The notes under the pieces: generated by a model
Databases searched by the model: none
Seen by the model: only the letters and a program-made list of their open reading frames with translations
What the model was told of the DNA's origin: nothing
Source: Octopus vulgaris
Taxonomy: Eukaryota
Direction of reading: 5' to 3'
Assembly: GCA_951406725.2 (NCBI GenBank)
Contig: OX597817.1
Coordinates: 104,532,001 to 104,596,000, forward strand
Length of the DNA stretch: 64,000 nt
Translations under genes and position numbers: made by a program
Shown here: positions 49,516 through 63,299 of the stretch, one piece after another
Position numbering within the stretch: position 1 is the stretch's first letter
Layout: every line of letters starts with the position of its first letter

Positions 49516-49718
49516 TTAACCCGTTTGATACCAACCCACCCAAGACCACCCCTGCTTCTATGATACAATCTTGCTGTTTCAGGATTCTTTCCATCAAAAT
49601 TTCATGTTACATTCCAAAACATCAGCTTGATAAAAACAGTTAATTTACTAAATACTTCATTATTTTCAAAATTAATTGAACAACATATTTCAATAGAAAT
49701 ATGGTAACAAAAAGGTTA
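49516..49718. mobile_element. piggyBac-like MITE (third family)
   Basis: ttaacccgtttgatacc...ggtaacaaaaaggtta; related copies at about 14704-14912 and 48878-49083. Confidence 0.65.
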
Positions 49719-51354
49719 CACTTAATAACACTGACAGTATGAAAATCTCTTTAATCAAAGATGCCTTCATGTGATATGTCAGTTTCAAATAATGATTTCC
49801 TTTTTACTTCACTCATGACTGTTTTTAATTTTTGCTCAGCAGTGAAATCTTCAACACTTGTTCAAAATTGAGCCAAGGTCCAAACCATGAAATGCATATT
49901 TGTGAAATCTAAAGCTGATGGATATTACATACATTTAGCTCATAAACTTCATTTCTTGACAGCTTATGATGTTTAGAATGCTCTACCTTCAATATGTTAA
50001 AGCACTAATCCTAAGTCTATTCATCAAGATTTCAAGAAGATAGAGTTCAAATAAGCTCATCTCATGCTTTCAAAAATCTTAACACACACACAATTATACA
50101 TAACATCTTTCTTATGCCAAGTTACAATAATTTTCCATCAATACTTTTTATAGAGAGCATATTTAGTATACTTTTACCAAAGCAGTACTTTCAAAGCTTC
50201 ATTAGAGTATCCATTGAAAGTTAGCAGGCTAAAACTTCAAAGTCACTATCATCACTCTTCTTGTAAAACTATATCATCATCACTTAACATCTGCTTTCCA
50301 TGCTGGCATAGGTTGAATGGTTTGACCAGGGCTGGTAAGGCTAGGAGCCACACCATATTCCATTATCTGTTGTCACATGGTGTCTATGGCTGGATCCCTT
50401 TCCTAATGCCAACCACTCCAAAGAGTGTACTGGGTGCTTTTTATGTGGCATCAACACCAGTACTTTTAACATGCCACCAGCACTGATATCAGTTATGCTG
50501 TGGTGAATGGGTCTTCTTCAGTACAACAATGCACCAGATATCTCAGTTCCTAGTTATCTCCTTCATAAGGCTCAATGTCTTGAGATCAGTCTTCAATACT
50601 TCTTGTGTTTCCCTCTTCCACAAGTTCCATCCACTTTAAGCGATTAGCACTTGTGTGTGCAATTGTCTACATCCATATGCATCAAGTAACCAATATATAT
50701 AAATATATCCTGATAATTGGTCATTTAGGTATTACAAGGTTAGGTCATATAACAAATGTTAAAGACTAAGATTTGAATAAGTTTTAATTCTTACTGAATA
50801 CTGTTCTCAATGAAGTGTTTCTAATACTGAAATAGTTTGTAACCTCAATATTAATAAGCAAACAAAATAGATGGATTGAAAAATAGTTTTTAATTCTGGA
50901 AAAGGAGGGCACAAAGTATGTCTTCATATTACAAAGTTTTGAGGACATTAGGGGCATGTGGAAAAGATACAGATTAACAGAACAATAATGGCTTGCAGTT
51001 AAATAAGTCAAGATATATAATTCAAAAATTTGATCGTTTTCTGTTTATTTCATTAGTTAAAAAAAAATTACTATTTTCTCTTTTTCTAAAAAATGCATTA
51101 AATCTATCAAAGTCCAATAAGGCTATTCAAACAATAAATATAATCTTTAGGTAACAGTGAAAACAACTAAAAGAATAAACAAAACCTTACAAGATTAGGA
51201 TAATGGATAAACAATGTTAAATAAAAGTAAAGAGTAAAGTGATTAGTAAAAGCTAAATCTAGACAGTGTATTAGAAACAAATTTGAGTAAATAAAAATGG
51301 AAAGTAATTTCTATTAATTAAATCCTAGTTCAGCATCTAATTGATCTATCTTAC

Positions 51355-51369
51355 CTTGTTGATCAACAC
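51355..51369 (-). CDS. Putative 15-nt microexon of the same unidentified gene
   Basis: ttatttagttttacag|GTGTTGATCAACAAG|gtaagat: strong acceptor, strong donor, frame-preserving (VLINK or GVDQQ depending on phase). Confidence 0.45.
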
Positions 51370-53239
51370 CTGTAAAACTAAATAAGCTTTCAGTAGCATT
51401 CTTACTCAAAATTTCAAAGATAAGTCTCAAGTAAATTGCACATATGTATGTGTGCATGCTACATTTCACAAATGAGTGACTGCGAATTCAAAATGGCTGT
51501 ACTATGGAAACATTCAATGACAGTAGGGTATTGAGCTATGAAGACGCTAAGCAAACAGTCACAAGTTTTGGGCCTGTGTATCTGCCTGCCTGGTGGAGAG
51601 AACTCAGTCATTGAGGATGTGCTTTGAAATAATAGCTTTTGAAAAGTAATTTTGTATTTTACTCAAGAATGAGAACCTGCCAAGAACTGAAACAAAAATG
51701 TGGACAAAACAAGTTAATCAATATCAGCATTCTTGGTACAGATTTGTAGTCACTTTACAGTTAATCATCAGCAGTTTTGAACAAAAGTGAAGTATGTGTG
51801 TAGGGTGTTTGTGTGTGTGATCTAGAAAATTTAATTGTTTGACTAGAAAATCAACAATTTAAAAGAACTCAATGCTATTTACTTCTGGAATATACAGTAT
51901 TAATTCATAGTTTTCTTACAAAATGCAGTTTGTTTCGGCTATGACAAGCACTCTTCAGAGAAGAATGAAAGGAATTTTTGAGCCCATAATACATATATAT
52001 GTTTCACCTAGAATTGAGACCAAAACATTAAACCAACAAATTAGAAGCAAATAAATAAATAATGAACTCAAAAGAAACAACTCCACATAAAATACATATT
52101 AATGCCAGAAAGACTAAAGAGAAGCATTAAATATAATAAAATAAGCGGGAAGTTGTAGGAAAAACATATTTAAAAGTAAGGGATGAAGTTAAATAAAAGA
52201 GTATAATTAATACGTGATATAAAGTCGTTATAAAAATGGTGACTGTAAAAAGCAAACTCAAATAGTATGAAATTTAGATTTACATATAGTTGTGGAGGAG
52301 AAGGGAAATAACTGTGATGAGAATTCAAAGCAGTCTAATATAAAATTAAAGATGCTAACCTGATGTATAAAATTAGTGGACTGTCAAAAGCTGTGTGTGT
52401 GTAACAGTTACTCATGTGTGTACTATCAAAAGAAGTAAATCTCAGTTTTATTAAAAAAGAGGAATATATCTATTATATTATACAAACATGTGAGAAGCTT
52501 CACACAACAGCTGACGAATGGTACCACAGGTGTTGATTAATGATCAGTAATCAAGTAACTTTATACCTATAGTTTGCCAGGTGTGGGGATATGTGAAGTA
52601 CTGTATGTGAGTCTTCCATTTTTTATATAATACACACACACACACACACAATTATATACACACATAAAATTTATCATACATACACAATTATATATAAACA
52701 TACACACAAACACAACATTATTAGTACTTTCATACTCTAAAAGGACTATTTGTACATAAAAAAGTACTCTACAGAAATGACTTTTAAAAAATATGTATAT
52801 TTGGAAAGTAATATCAAATTATAAAAAAAAAATAGCATTATTATTATTATTATTAAGGTAGTGAGCTGGTAGAATTGTTAACATGACAGGCAAAATGCTT
52901 AGTGGCTTTTAGTCCGTCTTTACATCCTGAGTTCAAATTCTACTAAGGTCAACTTTGCCTTTCATCTTTTCAGGGTTGATAAAATAAGTACCTGCTGAGC
53001 ATTGGGGGTTGATGTAATTGGCTACCCACTCCCCTGAACTTGCAGGCCTTTTGCCAAAATTTGAAGCCATTATTATTATTGTTGTTATTTAAATGAACAT
53101 AACCTCCCTATACATTATATACCAATTAAAACTATAGATATGTGACTGAATTTATACTAAATATAATAGTGTAATTGTATAGATCTAGTAAATAAAAGAT
53201 AAAACAGAAAGTAACAAGAAGTAAACAGAAAGTAAAATT

Positions 53240-53720
53240 TAGACTCTTACTAGACCCTAGTAGCACAGAAAAAAATTATAGGGAAATACAGCAAGTTGGT
53301 TGAACTCTGGAAAAACAATAGATAGGAGGCATATTGCTTTCCTGTAGAGATTGGTATTAGAGGATTTGTTGAAAGAAGGGTTCACTTGCTCAGGAGTCTT
53401 GGTCTAGATGCGATGGAGACAAAAGTTGTTGCCAGAAAATTGTCTGGAGCTGCTGAGAAAACAAGCCATTTCATCTGGTTTAAGAGAGAGGACCAGTGGT
53501 GCAGAAAGAGTGAACATTGAGAATGGTAGAAACATCTAGTTCAACAAGAATTGCAACATCTGACTCAACAAAGCTCAAAGTTGTAAAGGAGTTTTGTCAG
53601 TTAGATCAGTGGGCAGGCCTGGGCAGCTGTAGTGTTGCAGTAAAAGCAGACCAAACACCTACAGAGCTGTTTAACTGCTTGATGATACATCAACTCCTGC
53701 ATTCAGAGACATAGTACAGC
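53240..53720 (+). mobile_element. Remnant of an RLE-type (HERO/NeSL-like) non-LTR element, 3' end
   Basis: FPVEIGIRGFVERRVHLLRSLGL...RKLSGAAEKTSHFIWFKR resembles the restriction-like endonuclease C-terminus of these elements. Confidence 0.6.
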
Positions 53721-54388
53721 ATCCTCAGTACACGAGTGTGTACCATAAGAGACTGAAAATTCATAACTTAAGCCTGTCAGTTAAGTACTGAAGTAAAACC
53801 ATAGACAAACTTATGTAAAAAGAAAAAATATATAAGGATGTGAGAATTAATGATACAGCGAGGCAAGTAACTTTTCTAGCAAGGTATCTCTGGTAGGAAC
53901 TAGATTTAAATCAAAGATGGTTGACAGAGTTGCACCCCCCAATGTAGTCATAAATATATACACACACGATACATGTCAATAACTATGTATCCATCCATAT
54001 AAATATATACAAAAGTATATACATATAGATATACAAGCAAATATCAGCGCACATATTTATTAGCTGTAAAGTTCCATAAGTGACTCAAGGGCTGAGAGTG
54101 TTGTTCCCACAGTATTGGTCAAAGAAAGCATTTGAAAAGAGCTTTGACATGAATTTACAGTCTCGAGTCACAAAGGTAACTTCAGTTAATAATACACACA
54201 CACACTGCTTTATGTACTGAGTTCTATTTCTTCCATTTGTAATACCCAAACTACATGTATGTGTGTGTACAAAGAAACTATTAAGTGAGATCTATACACA
54301 AGAGATATACATTTAATACTAACTCACATATAAAAATACAATATATAATCACAATTATTATATATATATATATATATGTATATATATA

Positions 54389-54900
54389 ATGGAGATAAGG
54401 TTGGACAATTGCTGTGCTGATGATGCCTGTCGAGATAGAAACACATGTTCATGACTATCCTCTTATCTCCAGGCATTAAGCCTGTTCTCTTTAATGGCAT
54501 GTCAATTCGGGAAAATACTTAACTGAAATTATCTCCCCTCCTCATACGGAGCTGATTTTGTTATTTGGTAATTATGACACATTCTCTAGTGACAGAAATA
54601 ATTGTAATAAATCAAGAATTTATGTTGTATGGTATACCTATATTTGTTGTATACCTACATTTGTCAATGTTGTTCAAATACACACCATTGAGTTGTTTCT
54701 CTTAGCTTATTTTCATTTAATTTATACACATATATACATACTTCAAATTTACAGAAAACAAAAGACGAAGATAGGTGAAGGAACAAGCAGATATATTAGT
54801 TTGACGCTTGGGAAGAATGGAAAAGTCTTTGATGTTTTCAACCTACGCTCTTTGACAGAGAGGAAAACATAAATGGAGAGACAAGGAAAAAGAGAGAGAG
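54389..54900. mobile_element. Penelope-like terminal-repeat remnants next to a (TA)n tract, with hammerhead-like motifs
   Basis: CTGATGA...GAAAC core on the plus strand and a decayed core on the minus strand; starts right after (TA)n. Confidence 0.45.
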
Positions 54901-55603
54901 AGAAACGGAAGTATAGGGATTAATGGTTCAACATGATGAAATGGCTGGAAGAAAGAGGCTGAGAGGAAGGGAGGTAACAATGACCCAGCTGAACTAGAGT
55001 GCACAAGCACACGTGACTATGTAAGAATGGTGTGTGAAGAGGGGGGGCTGAGAGCATGAATATGTATGTGTGGGCAAGCTTAAAATTATGTAGCCCTGTA
55101 TGTGTGTATAAGTAACCTAGTGAGTACATTTTATGGCGTGACGTATTTCATGTATTGGTGTGCATATGTACATGTGTGTATACAAATGCATAGGCCAGTG
55201 TGTATATGGGAGCATGTGCATGTATGTGTACAAGTAACCTAGTGTGTGCGCTGTGTGGAGTGATGTGCATTTTGTGTATATGTGTACGTATGGACATGTG
55301 TATGTATATATGAGACTATTGTGTGTGTGTGTGTATAAATGTATATTTGAATACATATAAACGTTTTTTTTTATGAATAGCTATACAAAAAACCGTTAAA
55401 TTGAAGGATTACTCAATACCTATTTGTAGACTAACATATTCATTCAAAAGGTGACATTCAATATTATGATGGCTACAAATCTGAAACTTCAAAGTAACTG
55501 TCAACCTTTTCCATGTAAAAATACTTACTACCTGTCTACCAAAATACATACATACAAAACAAGCAAACAACCAAACAATGAATAGTCATATATACACACA
55601 GAT

Positions 55604-55970
55604 GTGGAGGCACAATGACCCAATGGTTAGAGCAGAGGACTCGTGGTCATAAGATCAGGTTCAATTCCCAGACCGAGTGTTGTGTTTATTAGTGAAAACA
55701 TCTAAAGCTCCGTGAGGCTCTGGCAGGAGAGGGTGGGGTGGCGAACCCTGCTGTACACTTTCACCACAACTATGTCTCACTCATTCTTCCTGTTTCTGTT
55801 GTACCTGTACTTCAAAAGTCCAGCCTTGTAACACACCCCGAGAACTACGTTAAGAGTATACATGTCTGTGGAATGCTCAGCCACTTGCATGTTAATTTCA
55901 CAATCAGGCTGTTCTGTTGATCAGATCAACTGGAACCCTCATCGTCGTAACTGACTGAGAGAGTGCCACA
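55604..55970 (+). mobile_element. tRNA-derived SINE of a third family
   Basis: tRNA-like head (caatggttagagc ... ggttcaattccc). The body is shared with the truncated copy at about 41340-41552. Confidence 0.75.
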
Positions 55971-58900
55971 TACAGATATAGGAACATATATATACAAAAA
56001 TGTAATATCAAAAACAAATAATCTAAAAACAATTTGGAACAGGAGTTATAAAAAAAGATATTAAATGAAGTCATGAGCAGCAGTGCTGGGTCTGAATATT
56101 AGCATTAAGGTAGGACAAAGGGCAAAAGTATTGGATAAATCTGTAGAGTAATAAGAAGGAAAGGTAGCTACATAGACTAAAAATGTTGATCATTAAAATC
56201 ATGAAGAGAGGTGTGAAGTAAGATGCCGGTTTAATTACCAATATATGCATTAATGAACTGGATAATCAATACTAGTATATACAATAGAAAAAGTGTGGTT
56301 GAATATTAGAGATTACTTGACATATTTATATGTTGGTAAAGTAATTTAGTAACTAGGACCACAGACATGTGAGAGGACTTAATTAAATTGAATTACGTTG
56401 AAAAGGTAATAGAGAAATTTAGTATGAAATATGTAGAAACTATGATAAGTAAACAACAATGAAATTAATACAATGTGTTTGCAAACTAGGGTAGTACAGA
56501 GCTAAAGTAAAATGAGATAAATTTAGGGAGAAGTTTATGTCATATAATTTTTGTGCTAAGAAGAAAAGGGTTAAAAATATGTGTATTGCTTGAAAATTTT
56601 GTGATGGCATGAAGCTTTTCTGTCCAAATGCCTGTCAAGAGTAAAAATGTTAGGAAAAGAAATTTCATAAACCTCTCTAGAACAGGTTGCATGAATTTCA
56701 GTTTCTTGGATATTAGGAAGAATTTTCTATTTAAATTCTTTAATTCCAAACATAACTACATTGCTTATAATAGTTTTGGAAGGAATGAGTATGCTGATTG
56801 CAATGAAACTTGAAAAGATTAGCAGTAGAGCCAATGTATGTATTGGCAGAGTTTGCAGTTTAAACTTTACATTGTTTAGCAAAGTCCATAATGTACCAAT
56901 TAGAATTCAATGGACAATTATTAGGGAGAGCACAATTAGAATCATAGATTTGTAGTTGAGGCAGTAAGGTTGGAAGCAATAATTTAAGATTTAGTGTAGT
57001 GAAATATGAAATCTTAATTCTGCTCATAATTAAAAATTCTATATTTATGTTGTGGTAGAGAATGTTTTGCAAGTAAAGTAAAAAAAAAAATGTTAAATTA
57101 GTGGGTAAGGTTACTAATTCAGATAAAAGATTAAATGAATTTTTGTCTATTTCTATGATAGGCTGTTCTATTTGTCAAGTAATTGAGAAATTTCCTTGTT
57201 AACTCTGCTTCTATACAGAGTATAATAGTAAATTGAGGATTTGTTACAGATTTGTTTATTGGCAAAAGAGAAAATATAAGAGATACATTTTTAACTAAAC
57301 CATTAATATTCCTCAGGTAGTTGCATATTTATACATATATCCTGTGCTTTATTAGGCATTTTGTAAAAGTAGCATAAATCAATGGTGAGATTCCATTTAA
57401 ATTAAATGTAGTATGTATATATGGGAATAAACCCATAATTCATTCAAAAGAGGTGGAAATTTACCTTGTCTATCAGTAAAATTAGGGTTACAGTTCTTAC
57501 AAACTAGAAAAACCACTAAATCTGAAAAAGTCCAAAGTATCTAAAAAATGGCTAAATGTTCCATGTTTTAAGAGCAGGACTGCATAATACTACTGAAAGA
57601 CTTTAATTGCCAAAAACATTACTAGTTCAAGAGCTTCAGACATCAAACGTCTTATTACATAAATTTAAAGGATTATACAAATCCCATTTCCTCGTGGCTC
57701 AACAAGATATTGGATCAGCAGTGCGAGCAAGAGCAATGTTGTTAAAGAGGTGGTGACACTCCTGAGAATAAAGAAAACCATCAATATTGTGCAATACATA
57801 GGTTTGATTGCAGTACAAGTAAATATCCCACCAGGAGAATAAAAAAAATTAAAATATACAAGTTGAAAAGTGAACCACAAAATCTACTGAGACTAGAAAT
57901 TCATGTGCATAGTAGTCAGTAGGATGAATAAAGTTAACAATAGAACTAGCTTGGTAACATTCCTTCTTGAGATTGATATGCAGTATATTTTTGTCCCCAA
58001 CTTGAAAGTATATGAAGACTTATCAACAAATTATTCACAGGAAATCTGTGAGGCACAAAGATGGTGATATATATTATTCTTAGAAGCAGTATGTCAAAAC
58101 TTTGAGATAACATCAACAGTACACTACTTATATTGCATCAGATTCATAGAAGAGAGCAATGAGAGAGAGAGGGGGGGATAGGTTGTATCTCACTGACTTG
58201 GTACAAATGTGCAAAAGGCCGAGGCTGAGAGCAAAGGAAAAGTTATTCTCAATAATGAAAATAAAAGTTTGTAGCTCACAAGAAGGACACAGTTAACAGA
58301 TAACTACATTAATAGTAAGAAAACAGATAGGTAGCAATTACAGATATTCCTAGAGGGAGTAATAATACAGAGAGTCATTATATTTGCCCGCTGATGTGTG
58401 AAAATTTGTGAATACATTACAATTGGATGATATATCAACTATTGAATCTCAAAACTTCTGAAGAAGATTGACCATAAGCTTAAATTCAAGAATATTATCT
58501 CACATCTAGACCCCATGTTTAAGAATTAAGTAACAATTACAGCAGAAACTGGGTTTCCTACCAAAAGTTCAACTTGGTATCAGTAGCTGTATTAACACAC
58601 AATTGAGGAAGGTACCAAAAAAGAATCAGCTACATGACAAGAATGTGTGGTTGTCAATTGTAATTCTTTGCTCAGTCAGTCATATTAACTGTAAAACTTG
58701 TCATGCAAAATATAGGCTACACTTCTTCACCAGAATTTCACTGCTCTATAATCTATTGTTTTCTTTCAGCAGTATCTTAAAGCAAATTGTATGCTTGAAA
58801 ACAGAGAAACAAAGTGCTTAGTGCATGAAAATCAGAACCCTTTGAGGTGTGAGCTGACAGTATTAGTTAAGTGTGTAGTTTGTAGTCACAGAACAATCAA

Positions 58901-61900
58901 ATTTTACAAGACCAAGGAACACTGATAGCAGCAGAGATCAGCATGACATTCTCAAATAACAAATCTTAAGATTACAAGTAAAGCTTTTGTTCTAATGATT
59001 CGTTATGAAAGATATTATGGAAGAATAACTTGGATCATGATTACTTCATCAGGAGTTAGCTAAATATCCCAGCCTTTTGCCTTTCAATGTCTGAATTTTG
59101 ACTGCAACGCTACTATGTATTTATATGTACATAATAAATGCACCTGAATGCATATGGATATTTAATCACACAAAGCAAAATTACAATGGCAAATATATAC
59201 TATTTGATCCAGAAAAAAATAGTGATAAAAATGACTAATTAACTTCTAAAACTCAATATCATACAAAATATTCGAAAGTTAATTTCAATTGTATTGCATG
59301 AGTGTTTGTCATCATTTTTGAAAATTATTGAAGTTAGGATCATATTTTAAAATTCTTTATCATAAAACAGTAAATTGTACTTTTTGAAAGAAGATATAGC
59401 TGTAGTAATGCAGAATGAGAAGCAAGAGAGCCAATCACTTTGAGAAAACACTTGTCTTTAATTGAATTTGAAAAGTTACATTTTAAGTTTTTCAACAACT
59501 TAATTATTACTAACCATTTTTCAGTGATTAGCATTTTATAAAGATTACTTAAGTGACAAAATAATAAATAAAAAAACAGAAGTTGGTAACCAGAACTAGT
59601 TATGCCTGTTCTGTGTGAATAAAATAGGTCCAATTTCATTTCACACTGTAGCAATAAGAGTTCTAAGATTTATATAAATATAACCAGAATGTGTTCATTG
59701 CATTTTGATTTGAATTTGTACTTCAGTTAAGTTGACTTGTTGATGAGGCTATATAGACTTTTTTGATTTTTCTTTTTTTAATGTAAAACTTGATTGGGGA
59801 AATAGAACTGACCATTATATATTTATAAAATAAAATATTGTCAGGTACATTAAGATCCTTTGATTTTGAAATACAAAAATGAGATTTTTAAAAAAATTTA
59901 TAACTAAATGATTAAATCAATGCTAAATAATTCAGTTTCTCATCACATAAAACAAATAGGACGGTTGTATAATAGTGAGCAGAAGGAGAGTCTTGTGCAT
60001 TCAGCTCTGAAGAAAATAACACTAAAATATTGGATCAATACAGTTGTGAGACATAATGCTGTAATAGACAAAAGAGAGTGTTCCTATCTATATTAACTAT
60101 TATTTAAAGAATAGTTCATCAGAGAATGAAGTCCTTAAGAATTTTTTACATCACTAGCTATATACATCAAAGGAAACTATAAAAATCAAAACTTATTTCA
60201 TCCAGTGATTAAAATTCTTTTAAAAAAGGATAAAATATTACTTTAGAAGCAGAGTGCAGAATATTTAATTATAATTAAAAACAAACAGTAGATATCTTCA
60301 GTCAAAGATGAGTTTTTTTTTCCATCAATAATTCAATAAAGTCAGATGCATAAAAGATTCTTAATTTTTATATTTTAGATGTTTTTAATGAAAAAGCTTT
60401 GATAGAAAAATTATAGACAACTTATTTTAACACTTATTGTAAAGGCCATGTTACATTTTAACTTCGCTCAATTAACAAGTCTTCTTCATATATTTATTTC
60501 AAACTAACTCTGGGCCCTGCATTTATTCAACTGGTAGATTACACTTATGCAGAAATTTACAGATATCACTACTGCCATTAATTTATTAAGCCTTTTGACC
60601 CCAACCTTGTTGTATCATAAAAAAACTTGTTTTAAAGTATCCATAGCTAAATTAAAATGTTCTATTATAATTCAATTCTTTTTATGTAAGAACCTTCTAC
60701 TATGTTCCAAACACCAGCTTAGCAATAAAAAAAAAGTTATTTTATGAAAGTTCTCCAAATTCTTGCACATTTTCAAAATTAATTAAAACACACATATACA
60801 GTGTGTTTCATTGGAATATTTTACATTTTGCAAAGTATTAATTTGCTCCACTGCAAACTCTTACAGAAAAAGAAAAGAAAAAAAAAGTTGCTGATAATTC
60901 AGATGCGAGAATTTTTGACTGGAATTCTGAAACAATGTAGGTTTGCAAAAAAAGAAGTGAAGCTTATGATTAGATGTTTAATAAAATCTTCAGTCTTTCT
61001 TTGCAGCTTATGTTAAAATATCTATTAATAAAACTTTTATATATATATATACACACACACCTTAGATAAAATACCCTTCAGATAAGATCCTACTCTTTGA
61101 TTAGCCCCAAGCTAGAATTATAACAAAAAGCATTCCAGCAGTGATAAACCTGGTATTTTGTCTATTATATTAGGGACTACATGACCAAGGTGATTTTTCT
61201 TCATTTTTTATTCAAAATGTAAGACAGTAGGGTGCATTTGACTGCTATCTTTAGCAGCTTGAGTAGGAGCCCCTATCTTTCCAGTTTTATCAACTCCATT
61301 CCTACTTGAATCTTTGCATCTTTAACGTTTACAAGTCTCTCACTACAGTACATCCCAGACAGGCTAAATATATAATCAGAGATAAGAAAGTCTTAAATGA
61401 AGACATCTTTGATTCCTTAAACATATTGAACATACTACTTAATAGATAGCCAAGTCAGCTTTATAATATAGAATATAAACATCTATTCATAGTCTTGGCA
61501 GATCATTTTCTGATAATATTTGGCTAGACATCAAGAGATTTATTTATTACTCTTGATATAAACTCTAATTGTGTATTTTCACTAATTATCTGCTGTCAGA
61601 AATTACTGCAAACAAATGTATAGAAGTTACGCCAAAACATTATAAAGTTTTAATCACCAAAATATACTTTTACTTCCTTTTCAATTAAAGTCTCATTCTT
61701 TCTTCTGTAATGGTATATAAAAATATATTGTTTATAAAGCTTTAATCATTTCTGTGACTAAAAATAGATATTGCTGAATGAAGCAGTTGAAACTCTGTGT
61801 GTGTGTGTGTGTGTGATACTTAGTAGATACCTAAAACCTTTACAATTTATTGCCTGTATAAGGAATCAACTAAAAAATAGAATTGCTGAAATAATACATA

Positions 61901-62305
61901 AATACACTAATATATTTCATAATTCTTTTTTAATCTTTTGAACATGATACATAACATTTTAGAATATATTTTCAGAGAGCAAATAAAAAATGCTTAAAAA
62001 TCATAAGTTTAAATAATTAAGCTTTTATTATAAAAGCCATGAGTGTCCTTCCTCAATAATTGATCAATAAAGCTTGAGCAATTCATTGCTCATAAAACAT
62101 ACAAAGTGTTTAGAAATAGCAAAACTATTTTAAATAGAAAATTATAAAAAAATAATTTTGCATATTTACAAAATGAAACAAAAATATTCAAGTAATATAG
62201 AAAAAAGGCTTCTTTAATAAATTTCAATTTTTTTTTGTCAATTTGAAGCTAAGTATATAACTAAAAAAAAAAAAGAAAATCATGAATAAATGTGTGGAGA
62301 TTTAC

Positions 62306-62419
62306 CTATGTATGTGCTTTGATCATCATTAAATGTGCATGTTATACATCTAACATGTCAGCAGATGTATCATCTTGACAGCCATGTAAGATACATTGTT
62401 TCACTGACTCCCTAATAAG
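62306..62419 (-). other. Putative alternative terminal or poison exon of the minus-strand gene
   Basis: Long polypyrimidine acceptor ccatctccctttctctttttcactccag|. Phase-0 reading LIRESVKQCILHGCQDDTSADMLDV*. Possible donor ACATAG|gtaaat at 62305. Confidence 0.3.
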
Positions 62420-63299
62420 CTGGAGTGAAAAAGAGAAAGGGAGATGGATGTGGTGGGGGACAGATTTGGCTGTAGCCCAAGAAATGAATGGATAAAACGC
62501 AGCTGCTTAATATTTCAAGAATGACACTCATATGACTAATTTTATCAACAATTAACTGACTTGGAATATTTTTGCTCTGAAAATAAACCAGGATCATTTT
62601 TTTCTTTTTTATTATTTCATGCAAAAGACTGAAAAGTTCTTCATTCGGTAAATGATTAAACAATATACTGATCAATATAATATAATATAAACCAATCAGA
62701 GCAGGCACTATTGCATCTTTATTAAAACTCAGATTAAGAGTTCAAAATAACTCATTGTCATTTCAAATAATGTTCATGTCTTCATTGAAGTAATTTTGTG
62801 GAGTAAGATGCAACATCTGGTCATATTTGTTTCCTATAAGGTATCCCAGAGGCTTTGAGAAAAGATAACCAAGTAAAGTGGAGGCACTCCCCAAAAAATC
62901 TGCCTTGTAAGTACAAATAGAAGTTTAGCAGAAAGATTGTGCAGAAACCAACAGAAGGAAACAAGAAACATTGTCAAACAATAACCAAGATTAAGAGACT
63001 TGAAATGTTTATATCATTTAATGATAATATGAATTTGGCTTCAGTAGAAGCTACTTGTCCAATATAGGCTACTGTATGCAACAGACTATCATCAAGCTAC
63101 TGTCAGTAATACCAAGAGAGGAAAAGTGAATAACAACCTCCAGATTAGTACTTTGGAATATTATATCAATATATATGAATGGGACAGGGAAAGAAGACCA
63201 TAAAGAAAGATAAGGAAAGATTGAATATATGCTATATGGTATTTGTGATATAAAAGGGACTGAAGCAGGCACTATAAATCCAGACAAACATTTGGTCAT

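Noticed and set aside
54819-54866. Second hammerhead-like motif on the minus strand
   Set aside because: The core reads TCAAAGA...GAAAAC rather than CTGANGA...GAAAC, so it is at best a dead relic.
55604-55680. tRNA gene
   Set aside because: A/B boxes are present but there is no complete cloverleaf, and it continues into a SINE body shared with 41340-41552.
57461-57490. Possible 5-nt microexon (tgatag|ACAAG|gtaaat) on the minus strand
   Set aside because: Weak pyrimidine tract, not frame-preserving, and located in decayed LINE debris.
57560-58900. Possible coding or LTR-element remnant
   Set aside because: Slightly higher complexity, but no motif or exon structure that I can support.
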